This document shows, piece after piece, positions 9,287-19,038 of a stretch of DNA of 64,000 bases. The position numbers and the translations under genes were made by a program. The DNA is from a bacterium UBP14_UBA6098. Its GTDB lineage: Bacteria; UBP14; UBA6098. Position 1 is the first letter of the stretch; every line of letters starts with the position of its first letter. The stretch lies in contig DIWU01000030.1 of NCBI GenBank assembly GCA_002428525.1, forward strand, positions 42,009 through 106,008, read 5' to 3'. The notes under the pieces are model-generated. The model saw only the letters and a list, made by a program, of their open reading frames with translations. It had not been told where the DNA came from and made no database searches.

Positions 9287-11212
9287 ATGCGTAAATTATT
9301 ATTGCTTTTCGTGTTTTCGCTGATGTGCTCTGCCGCGTTCGCCGAGTCCATCGATGTCGTCAATAAAATCGGCGGCTTCAGAAACTCGCAGGCATGCGGA
9401 ATTCACAACGGAGTTGTCTATATTATCGACTATTATTATATTATCAGCTATAGCCCGACCTCCGGAGCTATCCTCGACACACTCAATTTCGGCGAGTATG
9501 TCCGAAACCTCGATTTTAAGGATAACACCGCGGTTGTTATCGGCATCGCAAATGTATATTTAATCGATATTTCAAACCCTTCGGCAATGATCGAACTCTA
9601 CAGAATCCCCCATGGGGGAACCTCCGGCTGGGATGTCGATGTTAGCGGCGATTATGCCTTTATCGCTTTACAAAGTCACCTCGGAATATATCGTATCTTC
9701 GGATCTACCTTGGCCTCGGTGGGCAGTTTTATCCCCCCCTCGGCCTTCCCGATGGCAAGATCGATTGCAGTGGCAGGCAACACCGCCTATGCCGGCCTCG
9801 GTAATTCTGGCATCGCCGCTCTCGATATCAGCACTCCCTCGTCGCCGTCTTTGCTTATGAGCGCGGACACTCCGGGAAACACCCTCGACCTGAAAATCGC
9901 CGGTGATGTCCTTGTTTGTTGCGATGGCGCCTATGTCGGCTCGGACACGACGAGTGTCCGATTCTTCGGAATTCCCTCTCCGACAACACTTTCCCCGCTC
10001 GGTTCATGGATTGCCCCCACAAACAGCGATGCAAGAGGGAGTTTCGTCGTTGGAAACAGGCTCGCCCTCGCCGATGGCGAAGGCGGAATCCGCGTGATCG
10101 ACTTCTCGACGCCCTCGAGCCCGGTTCAGGTTGTTCATCGCGATTTTCCGATCGATATTACCGATGTCTGCGTCTCGGGCACCGATATGTTCGCAACCGG
10201 CAGGGACACCTTCTATATTATGACCACCGACGCGTTCGAGCCGGATACCGGTTCGGAGCCGATTAGAATCACAGGCGTGCAACCGTCCCACGGTCTGCTT
10301 ACAGCCTGCGCGCCGATAGTCGAATTCGCCTTCACCGCGGGAAGCGAATCGATCGACAATAGCTCGCTTCAGATCTCAGCTCTTGGGCGAACATTCCGCG
10401 CCTCGGACTCCGAGGTCTCAATCACTGCAAGCTCAATCAGTCTCGACCTCTCGGGAAGCGCTATCGCCCCGCTCGACACAATCTGCGCCGTTCTGGATTC
10501 CCTCGCCGACGCCACCGGAACGCCCGCGATTAATCTTGGCATCTCGACATGTTTCCTATATGACGCCTTTGCGCCCCTGCCGGCTGTCTCCTACGGCCAC
10601 GCCGGCGATGTCCTTCACCCGGATTCTATAAGCATCTCCGGGACAATCCGCGATATCGGCCACGCCGGCTTCGTCGAGGACAGCTTCAAGGTTGTCGTCC
10701 GCGGAATCTCCTATGGCACCTCCGGAGCCTACCTCGACTTCGATCCGCCGAATTTCACATGCCGTCCCATGGGAACCTTCAATAATGGAGATGTCGTCGA
10801 TGTCTGTATCCGCGCAATCGACGCAGTCAGCGCCGCTAATTGCGGCCCGAACCGCCTCGACAGTTGCTGGACCTTCCGCGTTAGCTCCGAAGGAATCGAC
10901 GAAATCGCCTCCTTGCCCAAAAACCTATCGATCTCGGCTTGGCCGTCCCCCTTCAACTCCTCAGTGAATATCGCCCTCTCACCCCCCGGCGTCGGCGCGA
11001 GCAATGCTCGCTACGAGGCAACCGAAATCGAAATCTTCGATATTCACGGAAGGCTCGTCACCGGTCGCCTCGTGACGAATAGCGCTGAGGCGCTACTCGG
11101 GCCGACGCCGACAGTTTGGCACCCGGACGAGTCGTTGCCTTCGGGAGTATATCTTATAAGGGCGCGTTTGGGCGATCTATCCGCCGAGGCGAGGGTTATA
11201 TATTTGAAATAG
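9287..11212 (+). CDS. secreted LVIVD-repeat beta-propeller protein with a T9SS C-terminal sorting domain
   Basis: Signal peptide MRKLLLLFVFSLMCSAAFA. Repeated Y(A/F)...G..IIDIS.PS.P blades (LVIVD-like). C-terminus SAWPSPFNSS...IEIFDIHGRLV...GVYLIRARLGDLSAEARVIYLK matches the Por/T9SS CTD pattern. Confidence 0.65.
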   Translation: MRKLLLLFVFSLMCSAAFAESIDVVNKIGGFRNSQACGIHNGVVYIIDYYYIISYSPTSGAILDTLNFGEYVRNLDFKDNTAVVIGIANVYLIDISNPSAMIELYRIPHGGTSGWDVDVSGDYAFIALQSHLGIYRIFGSTLASVGSFIPPSAFPMARSIAVAGNTAYAGLGNSGIAALDISTPSSPSLLMSADTPGNTLDLKIAGDVLVCCDGAYVGSDTTSVRFFGIPSPTTLSPLGSWIAPTNSDARGSFVVGNRLALADGEGGIRVIDFSTPSSPVQVVHRDFPIDITDVCVSGTDMFATGRDTFYIMTTDAFEPDTGSEPIRITGVQPSHGLLTACAPIVEFAFTAGSESIDNSSLQISALGRTFRASDSEVSITASSISLDLSGSAIAPLDTICAVLDSLADATGTPAINLGISTCFLYDAFAPLPAVSYGHAGDVLHPDSISISGTIRDIGHAGFVEDSFKVVVRGISYGTSGAYLDFDPPNFTCRPMGTFNNGDVVDVCIRAIDAVSAANCGPNRLDSCWTFRVSSEGIDEIASLPKNLSISAWPSPFNSSVNIALSPPGVGASNARYEATEIEIFDIHGRLVTGRLVTNSAEALLGPTPTVWHPDESLPSGVYLIRARLGDLSAEARVIYLK

Positions 11213-11213
11213 G

Positions 11214-12143
11214 TTGGTTAAGATGTTCGGTAATCGCCCAAAAGAATACCATCGCAGATTCCCACCTAAGCCGGTCGATACGAACCACGATTGCCCTAAG
11301 GTTACCTTTTTAGGCGCGAACAGCCTTTTAATTCGGGACTACGACACCGCCGTTATGGTCGATCCATTCTTCTCCCGCCCGGGGACAATTGTCGGATTGA
11401 GTTATTTCTTTCGTTATGTTTCCCCAAACCGCGACAGGATAGCGAAGTCACTCGAGCGAATGGGAATCGAGCGCCTCGACGCGGTTCTTCTTACTCATAC
11501 ACATATCGACCACGCCCTCGACGCCCCGGAGATAGCGATACTCACCGGCGCGAGGCTTTACGGTTCCCGCTCCGCCGTGAACTTAGGCCTCGGCGGCGGT
11601 ATCGACAGCGAAAGATTAATCGAAGTGAGTGAGGATGAAGCATATAGATTCGGGGCATTTACGGTTAATTTCATCAAGGCCTCGCACCTGCCCTTTCCAA
11701 AGATCGCCGAGCCTTTGATCAATTTCAAGCCCGAGATAACAAAACCCCTGATTCCTCCCGCTCGAATCGCCGAATACCGCGAGGGCGGCTCGTTTTCGAT
11801 CCTGTTAGAACATCCGAAGGGCAGGCTTCTTATTAGGGGCGGCGGCTTGAACCCGGGGCTGAGGTCCCCCTCCGCGGACACAGTTACACTCGCGATTGCA
11901 GGGCTTGCGCTTAGGTCGCGGGAATATCGTGAGGTGCTTTTCGAGGAGGCGGTTGTGAAAACCGGCGCGAAAACGCTTATTTTCACGCACTGGGACAGGA
12001 TGTCAACTCCGCTCGATATGCCCACGGAGTTCTTGGGCAGAACTCATATCGCCTTGGATCATTTGCTCGACATGGCTGAAAAGGCAGGAATTCGGGCCAT
12101 CTTCCCGTTGCCTTGGACAGAAACCGCGCTCTTCGACAGTTAG
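11214..12143 (+). CDS. MBL-fold metallo-hydrolase
   Basis: LLTHTHIDHALD (the HxHxDH zinc motif) and later His/Asp ligand positions. 309 aa. Confidence 0.75.
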   Translation: MVKMFGNRPKEYHRRFPPKPVDTNHDCPKVTFLGANSLLIRDYDTAVMVDPFFSRPGTIVGLSYFFRYVSPNRDRIAKSLERMGIERLDAVLLTHTHIDHALDAPEIAILTGARLYGSRSAVNLGLGGGIDSERLIEVSEDEAYRFGAFTVNFIKASHLPFPKIAEPLINFKPEITKPLIPPARIAEYREGGSFSILLEHPKGRLLIRGGGLNPGLRSPSADTVTLAIAGLALRSREYREVLFEEAVVKTGAKTLIFTHWDRMSTPLDMPTEFLGRTHIALDHLLDMAEKAGIRAIFPLPWTETALFDS

Positions 12144-12898
12144 GCCTTCGCGGCCGCCTCGATGAACGCCTCGAAGATTTTCATGCTGGCCAAATCTTTG
12201 TGCATGGCCTCGGGATGCCACTGAACAGAAATTACCCAGCCCTCGCGGCCCTCCGGCTCTATAGCCTCGATGATGCCGTCCTCGGCGCGAGCGCTGACAA
12301 TATAGCCCTTCGCGAGCCGATCTACCCCCTGATGGTGGCTTGAGTTAACCATATGCTCGCCCTCGCCGATAATCTCCGCGAGGCGCGTTCCCGGCTCGAT
12401 TGTGACCTTGTGCTCCGTCCGCTTGGCCTCGGCAGTTCTATGCCCGACAGGGATTGTCTCGATTCCGCATGCGGCGAAATCCTGATGGAGCGTTCCCCCG
12501 AGGAAGGCGTTTAAAACCTGATGGCCTCGGCAAATCGCAAGAATCGGCCCTTTCGGTCGAATCAAGAACCATCGGCGAAGCAGATCGAGCTCGAGCTCGT
12601 CGCGCCGTTCGCGAATAACACATTTGGCCAAGGGGTTTTGATCCTGCTTAAAATGCTTTGGTGCGAGGTCGCTTCCGCCGGAAAGAAGAAGGCCGTCGAG
12701 CTTGCGGACCAGTTCGTCCAAGTGGCCGAATTGCTCCGGCGGCAGATTCGGAATGATTATCGGAAGTCCGCCGGCCTTAGCGATCGCCTCGTGATACTCG
12801 CACTTGAGATAGTCGAATTCCGGGTCGGGAAAAACCCGCCTGTTATCGGCGGGCGGAGCATAGCTTGCGGTGATTCCGATAAACGGCGCGCGTTTCAC
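12140..12898 (-). CDS. class I glutamine amidotransferase / gamma-glutamyl-GABA hydrolase family (peptidase C26)
   Basis: ILAICRGHQVLN catalytic Cys motif and a downstream WHPE His region. 252 aa. Confidence 0.8.
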   Translation of the reverse strand: MKRAPFIGITASYAPPADNRRVFPDPEFDYLKCEYHEAIAKAGGLPIIIPNLPPEQFGHLDELVRKLDGLLLSGGSDLAPKHFKQDQNPLAKCVIRERRDELELDLLRRWFLIRPKGPILAICRGHQVLNAFLGGTLHQDFAACGIETIPVGHRTAEAKRTEHKVTIEPGTRLAEIIGEGEHMVNSSHHQGVDRLAKGYIVSARAEDGIIEAIEPEGREGWVISVQWHPEAMHKDLASMKIFEAFIEAAAKA

Positions 12899-14281
12899 TT
12901 AGAACCACTGAATCTGAAGTGTTTGCCCGACACCCGAAGTCACTACCGAGGGGCTCGAGCTTCCCGCCGGCAGGTAATTCAGCGAAAAGGTCGATCCGGA
13001 TCGCTTCGCAAAGATAAGCTCTCCGCTCGAGGAGGCCGAAAGCGCCTCGACTGTGGCATTCTCGGCGGTGAGATCGAGCGCGATCGCGGGCGGCCCGCTT
13101 ATACTCGATTTCAGTATCTTGTCGCCGGAGGGCGTTTTCTCGACGAAATATATATTGTCCAAACCGTCGAACGCGACCAGTTGGATATTATCCGCCATCC
13201 GAATCAGCTGGGGATAGGAGCCGCCATCTACATCCCAATAATAAAGCCTATTTCCGGTGACAACGCAGGCGATGCCGTTGTGCGTATGGCTCCAGTCGAA
13301 GGCGCTGACATCGTTGTAGATCGTCGAGTAGGTGACATTGGTCCCGTCGGAGACATTGCGGATAAAGAGCTTCGGGTTGTAGGAACCCGAGCCGCTACGA
13401 TAGGCCAAGAACTCGCCGTCGGGGGAGAACTCGAGTTCGCGCCCGCCCTGCGCGCTCGAGGCCAAAACAGTTTCTTCACTATTCTGAAGGTTTTTCAGAA
13501 CAACATCCTCACCACGGGCAAAGCCCAAGGTTCGGCCATTCGGCGAAAGCGCGGGGTATTTCTCCTCGGCTAAATCCTCCGTCAACTTAATTCGAGCGCC
13601 GGTCGGGGGGTTAAAGGCGTAAATATCGCCCTCGGGGTATGGATCGTAAAGAATCCACGAGCGTTTCGGAGTGAAGATAATCTGATACGGCGAGCCGGTA
13701 AGCTCGGAATAGCCTGAACTCGGCGAGGAGAAATACAGCGCTTCGGTCGTGAAACCATCCGGCCGCGAGCGTGTGACAAAGCCGGAAATCGCCGAGAGGC
13801 TGTCGAAGTCGAGGCTGAAGGTGTCGCCCAATTCGATATAGAAAACCGAGCTTCCCACTGCGGCGTTCCCCGCATTGTCCACCGCGCGGGCAGAGAAATG
13901 AACCGTATCCCTATAGGAAAATCCGCCGGGGCGAATATAGCGCAAATCGAGTCCGGAGGCCGTCGCAATCAGCGAGGGCACAACTGCGGCTGAATTCACC
14001 ATCATCGAGATTGAGTCGGCGTTAAGTCCCGTCGAATACTCGCCAGTATCGCAAATCGATACCCACAGCGTCGCCCCGCGCGAAACCTCCTCCGCGCCGT
14101 TCGCCGGAGACCAATCGAAAATCACCGGTGCGATGTTGTCAGTCGTGTCGGTCGTAGTGTCGTCGTCGTCGTCGTCCGGTTTAGTGCTACAAGCCGAACT
14201 CGTCACAAAAAAGAAAACACCGACACATATAGCCACAATTAAAATAGCCTTCCAAAGGCTCATCTCAACCTCCATATTCAA
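12899..14281 (-). CDS. lipoprotein with poly-Asp/Thr linker, Ig-like domain and C-terminal beta-propeller-like region
   Basis: Hydrophobic N-terminus ending in a Cys (SSACS), then DDDDDDTTTDTTD linker. An Ig-like segment (ATLWVSICD...FSARAVDNAGN) and repetitive SPDG/SPNG blades follow. TTG start in the ORF track; internal ATG starts are possible. Confidence 0.5.
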   Translation of the reverse strand: MNMEVEMSLWKAILIVAICVGVFFFVTSSACSTKPDDDDDDTTTDTTDNIAPVIFDWSPANGAEEVSRGATLWVSICDTGEYSTGLNADSISMMVNSAAVVPSLIATASGLDLRYIRPGGFSYRDTVHFSARAVDNAGNAAVGSSVFYIELGDTFSLDFDSLSAISGFVTRSRPDGFTTEALYFSSPSSGYSELTGSPYQIIFTPKRSWILYDPYPEGDIYAFNPPTGARIKLTEDLAEEKYPALSPNGRTLGFARGEDVVLKNLQNSEETVLASSAQGGRELEFSPDGEFLAYRSGSGSYNPKLFIRNVSDGTNVTYSTIYNDVSAFDWSHTHNGIACVVTGNRLYYWDVDGGSYPQLIRMADNIQLVAFDGLDNIYFVEKTPSGDKILKSSISGPPAIALDLTAENATVEALSASSSGELIFAKRSGSTFSLNYLPAGSSSPSVVTSGVGQTLQIQWF

Positions 14282-14294
14282 ACCGAGCCCTCCG

Positions 14295-14468
14295 GCGGGG
14301 CGTCGCGGCCCCTCCCGAAAGGCAAAATAATTGTCATTTCAAACTACAATCGCCGCGGCCTTTCGGGTCGGGGCCCTCGGCGAGCCGAGGTAAAATTGTC
14401 TTAAAAAGCAACCTGTTCTATCGGCTCGCCGACGACGACGCGCTCCCGCGCGTCGTGCGACGCCCCGC
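14295..14468. repeat. copy E (variant) of the GGGGCGTCG-TIR hairpin-rich intergenic element family
   Basis: Terminal inverted repeats GCGGGGCGTCGC (14295-14306) and GCGACGCCCCGC (14457-14468). The interior holds several imperfect palindromes (e.g. ggcccctcccgaaagg / cctttcgggtcggggcc). Intergenic, between two minus-strand genes. Confidence 0.4.
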
Positions 14469-14477
14469 GAGCTCGGT

Positions 14478-17132
14478 TTAGCGAAGTAGCACAGCGCGGG
14501 AGATAGCGCCGGAATTCTTTGCTCGAACGAAATAGACGCCTGAAGGAACGGGGCTATTCTCGAAGTCGCAACCATTCCACAACGACCCGCGGGAGCAGTC
14601 CTTTATTTCGTTGATAACTTTACCGGAAATATCCATTATCTCGACATCGCCTGCAGATTTAATCATGCAGGAGGCGTTGAAGGGATTCGGGGTTACAGAT
14701 ATCTGCATCTCATCCGGCAGATCGGCCTCCGAGATAGCCATGAGTTGCACGAAGACTTGCCAGCAATAGCTCGTGTCGTTCGGGCCGTAAAAATCGGGGT
14801 TATCGGCGAGATTAGCGCATATTATCACCTCGGAGCCGTCACCGAAGGAAGCCCCGAAGGCGCCGCTCTGAAGAACTACCGTATCACCGCGGGCGGTTAG
14901 GCCGGCAGTCGCCCTCTCTATCAGAGATAGCGAAAGGTCGAAGAACTCGAAGGAAACCCTTTCCGGCGAAACAAGCATACCGGCCGGCGCATCGGTGGCG
15001 ATTATCCAGACATCGTCGGTGCCAACATGGAGCGTGTCTCCGGCCCTCGGAGAGAAATCGCCCGAAACCGGCGGACGAAGATCGACCGCGAAGCTGAAGG
15101 CAAGCGGCGCATCGAGCCCTGAGCCGATCATATCCTCCACGCTAATCAGGTTTACTATTACAACTTGCTCGTGGGTGTAGGTCTCGAAGGGAGTGATAGT
15201 CAGCATCGAGTCCGCGAAGCTGAGCGCCGAACTCGGCCATGAATAAACCACCCCGCCGACTGAAACCTCGATCGAGCTAACATCGATTCCATCTGGATCG
15301 ACGATCTTAAGGACTATCTCGGGGTTCCCGCTCGCGACGACATCGCCCGCGCGCGGATGCATCGCCGAGGCGTTCGGCCCGCCGCTGGGATTCACAAAGA
15401 AATCCCAGCTTTCAATAGTGAAATTCGGATCGCAGACATCCGGCGAGTCCCCAACGCGAATTCGAACACTGTGCGTTCCGACCGTCGAGGCCGCAGTATC
15501 GGGCGAGATTCTCACAGTCCAACCGTCCCAGCTCAGATGGCTGTCCGGATAGCGCAATGTGTCGCCGTTGTAAACAACCATTAAGGTCGAGATATCTATT
15601 CCGGTGATTGCGTCCGTAAGGTTCGCCGAAATCGAGGCCGGAAACTCCGTCAGTATTTGGCCGCGACGGGGAATTAGGTTGTCGATAACCGGCGGAATTA
15701 AATCGGCCGTGAATGACCAGCTCACAGGCGACTCAATATGGTTTCCGAAATTATCCGCCACATCGACGAGGCTGACAACGATAGGCACTCCGCTCGGCCA
15801 ATCGGTCGAGGGGGTATATCGGAGCGTGTCGCCGAGGAAAACGATCGAGGAGCTGTATCCGTTGATCGTGTCCGTTCCGTTGAAAAAACGAACCGAGTAG
15901 GGATCGACGCCGTCGGTGTCTTGGACGAGAAGCTTTACCGGATAGCGGTTGCAGGAGGTGACAATCGATGGTGTTGGCTGAATTATCGTCACATCGGGCG
16001 CCCCCGAGGTAGTCATCGCGGGAATCCTCGTCGCGAATATATCCGAGGTGACATCGCGCGCATCCTCCCATATTATAAGGTGATGCTCGCCGTTACAAAC
16101 CGATCGCGGCTTCTGCTGAGTGCCGTCCGCTGTGGAAACCGCCAGCTCCGGCCCCATCAATGTCCCGCTCGTGGCCACCCTTTGCCCGTAAATATCGGAA
16201 AGAACATCCCGATTGTCCTGCCAAACAACAAGATAGCCCACGCCATCGAACGACACCGACGGCCGAACCTGATTGCCCTCGGCCGAGGAGATCGGGAAGG
16301 GAAGCCCGACCGGCGAGCCGGCTGAGTCCAGAAGTATTCCATATATATCTCTGCCGGTCGTCGCACCGGCGCGCTCGTATGCCACGAGATAACCCCCGCC
16401 GCCGTGAGCTATCGAGGCAAAACTCTCCTCTTGGGTGACATTGGTCACGGCGTAAATCCCCGTGGTATCGACTCCGCTGACTCCATAGCTCACCTTTTGC
16501 GCATAAAGGCCCTTGCCTCCCGCGAGCGAATCCTCGAAAACAACCACCCACTCGGAGGCACCCCGCGCGATCGCCGGGTTTTTCTCGTCACCGTCGGCAA
16601 GACCCATCTGCTTGGGAATCGTGGTGCTCCGGTCGTCCTCCGTGACTGCCAAGTAAATATCGCTGACCCCGAAAACCCGAACCTCCCAAACCACTAAAAA
16701 CGCCCCGGTCATACCGGAGATACGGACATTCTGAATCGTGCCGTCAACTGTGACTATAGCGAAATTGTCGAGGTAGAGCGAGCCGTCGGGGTTAACGAGA
16801 TTGCCATAGATCTGGTATCCGGTTCTGCGGTCGAACCAAGCGTCGAGGTAATAGGTGCCGCCCCATGCGACATCGGGGATTTTCTGAAGGCCGGTGAAGG
16901 CGCACGCCGGCGACTCAAGCCCCGGAAGACTGCCGTCGGCCGTCACAATTCGGCCGTAAATATTCGGATTGCCGGTTCCGGCCCGCGCATCCTCCCAAGT
17001 CGCGAAAAAATCGGTGCCGTCGGTGGCCACTGCAGGAACGATCTGCTGGCCGGCCGCAGTCGATATCGCAATATCCTGTCCAAAGGCAAACCCAACAAAT
17101 AGTATTAACAAAAAAACCGCCGCTGACCTCAT
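14478..17132 (-). CDS. large secreted repeat protein with T9SS C-terminal sorting domain (~884 aa)
   Basis: Signal peptide MRSAAVFLLILFVGFAFGQ. The Met at 17132 has an AAGGGAGAG RBS; the ORF track extends to 17165. C-terminus ISVTPNPFNASCMIKS...VEIMDISGKVI...SGVYFVRAKNSGAISRAVLLR is a T9SS CTD. Confidence 0.6.
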   Translation of the reverse strand: MRSAAVFLLILFVGFAFGQDIAISTAAGQQIVPAVATDGTDFFATWEDARAGTGNPNIYGRIVTADGSLPGLESPACAFTGLQKIPDVAWGGTYYLDAWFDRRTGYQIYGNLVNPDGSLYLDNFAIVTVDGTIQNVRISGMTGAFLVVWEVRVFGVSDIYLAVTEDDRSTTIPKQMGLADGDEKNPAIARGASEWVVVFEDSLAGGKGLYAQKVSYGVSGVDTTGIYAVTNVTQEESFASIAHGGGGYLVAYERAGATTGRDIYGILLDSAGSPVGLPFPISSAEGNQVRPSVSFDGVGYLVVWQDNRDVLSDIYGQRVATSGTLMGPELAVSTADGTQQKPRSVCNGEHHLIIWEDARDVTSDIFATRIPAMTTSGAPDVTIIQPTPSIVTSCNRYPVKLLVQDTDGVDPYSVRFFNGTDTINGYSSSIVFLGDTLRYTPSTDWPSGVPIVVSLVDVADNFGNHIESPVSWSFTADLIPPVIDNLIPRRGQILTEFPASISANLTDAITGIDISTLMVVYNGDTLRYPDSHLSWDGWTVRISPDTAASTVGTHSVRIRVGDSPDVCDPNFTIESWDFFVNPSGGPNASAMHPRAGDVVASGNPEIVLKIVDPDGIDVSSIEVSVGGVVYSWPSSALSFADSMLTITPFETYTHEQVVIVNLISVEDMIGSGLDAPLAFSFAVDLRPPVSGDFSPRAGDTLHVGTDDVWIIATDAPAGMLVSPERVSFEFFDLSLSLIERATAGLTARGDTVVLQSGAFGASFGDGSEVIICANLADNPDFYGPNDTSYCWQVFVQLMAISEADLPDEMQISVTPNPFNASCMIKSAGDVEIMDISGKVINEIKDCSRGSLWNGCDFENSPVPSGVYFVRAKNSGAISRAVLLR

Positions 17133-17379
17133 AATCTCTCCCTTTCTATTTCGTTTAGTTAACAAAATATACTCTCTCGAGCTAAATAATTCAACAAAAA
17201 ACCATCGTTTATAGTGCGATGGTTGTTATCTATCTTTTCCAAAGTTAGCTATAATCTACATCATATATTTGTGAAGTTTTTAAAAGAACATATTAGTCAT
17301 AGTAATTTTGTGGCTCAATAGCTATCTTGCCGACATATAAGTGATTACAAAAAAGTTACCGCGCAGTGAAATTCCCCTA

Positions 17380-17408
17380 TTGACATTTTAGAAACCGGCA
17401 TATAATAT
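17380..17408 (+). promoter_or_regulatory. near-consensus sigma70-like promoter upstream of the terminase gene
   Basis: TTGACA 17380-17385, then TATAAT 17401-17406 (15-nt spacer) or TAATAT 17403-17408 (17-nt spacer). ~36 nt upstream of the ATG at 17444 with a GAGGA RBS. Confidence 0.4.
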
Positions 17409-17443
17409 CACCCGACTGTGAAATATTAAAACCGAGGATAGTT

Positions 17444-18919
17444 ATGCCAAATAATCTCGCCTTCGAACTCGATAATCCCCCGACCCACCCGGCCGACAAC
17501 CCGCGCCGCTCCCCCGAAGAGGCCGTCCTCGACCGCATCGGCCGAATCATCGTCAACCCGGACTTCGACCTCAAGGAGCTGAAAGACGCCGCCGATGTCC
17601 TAAAAAGGCTCGCCGAAACCCCTGAAACCGCGCTGAATTCGCGCCCGGAGCCCTTCTCGCCCTCGCTCTTCCCCCATCAGGCCGAGTTCGTCAAATCGCG
17701 CGCGCGTTTTTCGGCCTTCATCGGCGGCGTCCGAAGCGGGAAAACCTACTCCGGCACCGCAAAGGCACTCTCCCGCGCCTTCCTTCTGCCGACCGTCGGC
17801 GCCGCTGTCGCCCCGACGGTCGGTATGGCGCGCGATGTCCTCGTCCCGCAATATGCCGAGCTTGCCGCAAACCGAATCGCCAAATGGACATCCTCCACCG
17901 GCGATATGATATTGGACAACGGTAGCAAGATACTCTTCCGTAGCGCCGACAACCCCGAGCGGCTTATGGGCCTTACCCTCGACTGGTTCCACCTCGACGA
18001 GGCGGCCCAGCTTCCCCGCCGCGTTTGGGAGGTGCTCGTCAACCGCACAATCTCCACCGGCGGCCCGGGGTTTATTACAACCACTCCGCGCGGCAAAAAC
18101 TGGGTTTGGCGGCTGGTCGAGGAATGGCGCGACGACCCCGACGCCTCGGCCTTCTTCGCGAAAACCTCCGACAACCCGCTCATCGATTCGGCCGAGATCG
18201 ACCGCGCCCGTCGCCAGCTCGACTCGCGCTATTTCCGCCAACAATTCGAGGCCAGCTTCGAGGAGGAGGGCACGCGCGTCTATGAAGACTTCACCCCGCA
18301 ACTCCATGTCCTCGAAGAGTCTTGGCAGATTCGCGACAACTGGCCGATCTACATCGGTGTCGATTTCGGCTGGACGCACCCCTCCGCGCTCATCTGGGCA
18401 CAACTCTCGCCCGAGGGCAAATGGTTCATCTTCGACGAGCTTGTCGAACAGCACCTTCGCCTCGAACGCCTCGCCGCGGCGATCTTGGGCGATCCGGTCA
18501 CCCTCGCCGGCAGGACATTCCGCGCGCGCATTCCCTACTCGAAGGTCGAGCGCATCATCTCCGGCATCGAGGGCCTGCAGTCGAGACAGGAATCCGGCGG
18601 AGAGTCAGCGCTGTCGGCGCTTTCGAGCTTAGGAATCTCCCGCGCGGTCGCGGCGCGCTCCTCGATCTTGTCGGGGATAAACGCCGTCCGGGCAAAACTA
18701 CTCTCCGCAGACAGCGAGGTGAAACTCTTCGTCGATCCGCGATGCCGTCGCCTCATCGACGATTTCTCGGGCTACAAATACCCCGAGGATCGAAATAGCG
18801 AGCCGGATGGCGAGCTTCCCCTCAAGGACGGCATCCACGACCACACAATGGACGCCCTGCGCTACATGATCGAGTTCGTCACGCCGCTTCGCCAAACAGA
18901 CTGGCGGTTCGGATTCTAA
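17444..18919 (+). CDS. phage terminase large subunit (TerL)
   Basis: Walker A FIGGVRSGKTYSG, Walker B LDWFHLDEAAQ, and a C-terminal RNase-H-like nuclease motif DGIHDHTMDALRYMI. 491 aa. Confidence 0.85.
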   Translation: MPNNLAFELDNPPTHPADNPRRSPEEAVLDRIGRIIVNPDFDLKELKDAADVLKRLAETPETALNSRPEPFSPSLFPHQAEFVKSRARFSAFIGGVRSGKTYSGTAKALSRAFLLPTVGAAVAPTVGMARDVLVPQYAELAANRIAKWTSSTGDMILDNGSKILFRSADNPERLMGLTLDWFHLDEAAQLPRRVWEVLVNRTISTGGPGFITTTPRGKNWVWRLVEEWRDDPDASAFFAKTSDNPLIDSAEIDRARRQLDSRYFRQQFEASFEEEGTRVYEDFTPQLHVLEESWQIRDNWPIYIGVDFGWTHPSALIWAQLSPEGKWFIFDELVEQHLRLERLAAAILGDPVTLAGRTFRARIPYSKVERIISGIEGLQSRQESGGESALSALSSLGISRAVAARSSILSGINAVRAKLLSADSEVKLFVDPRCRRLIDDFSGYKYPEDRNSEPDGELPLKDGIHDHTMDALRYMIEFVTPLRQTDWRFGF

Positions 18920-19038
18920 TTTCCTCCCCTGAAGAGCGAGTTCAACAGCCCCGCACGGTTCGAACACTATTCTTCCGCGGACATGCAAAACTCAAATCGC
19001 GTTAGCTAAAAAAATTATCACTTTAAAAAAGGAGTGCG

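Noticed and set aside
8700-9700. Moderately lower GC across the glycosyltransferase 3' end and LVIVD gene 5' end, as a possible horizontal-transfer breakpoint
   Set aside because: The deviation is modest and confined to coding sequence with ordinary motifs. There are no flanking repeats or mobility genes. Within normal intragenomic variation as far as I can judge by eye.
17600-18454. 284-aa antisense ORF inside the terminase gene
   Set aside because: The terminase frame carries Walker A/B and nuclease motifs. The antisense product is Gly/Arg/Glu low complexity.
18940-18975. tRNA-like GGTTCGAAC T-loop motif in the terL-portal spacer
   Set aside because: No matching acceptor, D or anticodon stems could be drawn around it. 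Probably a chance occurrence.
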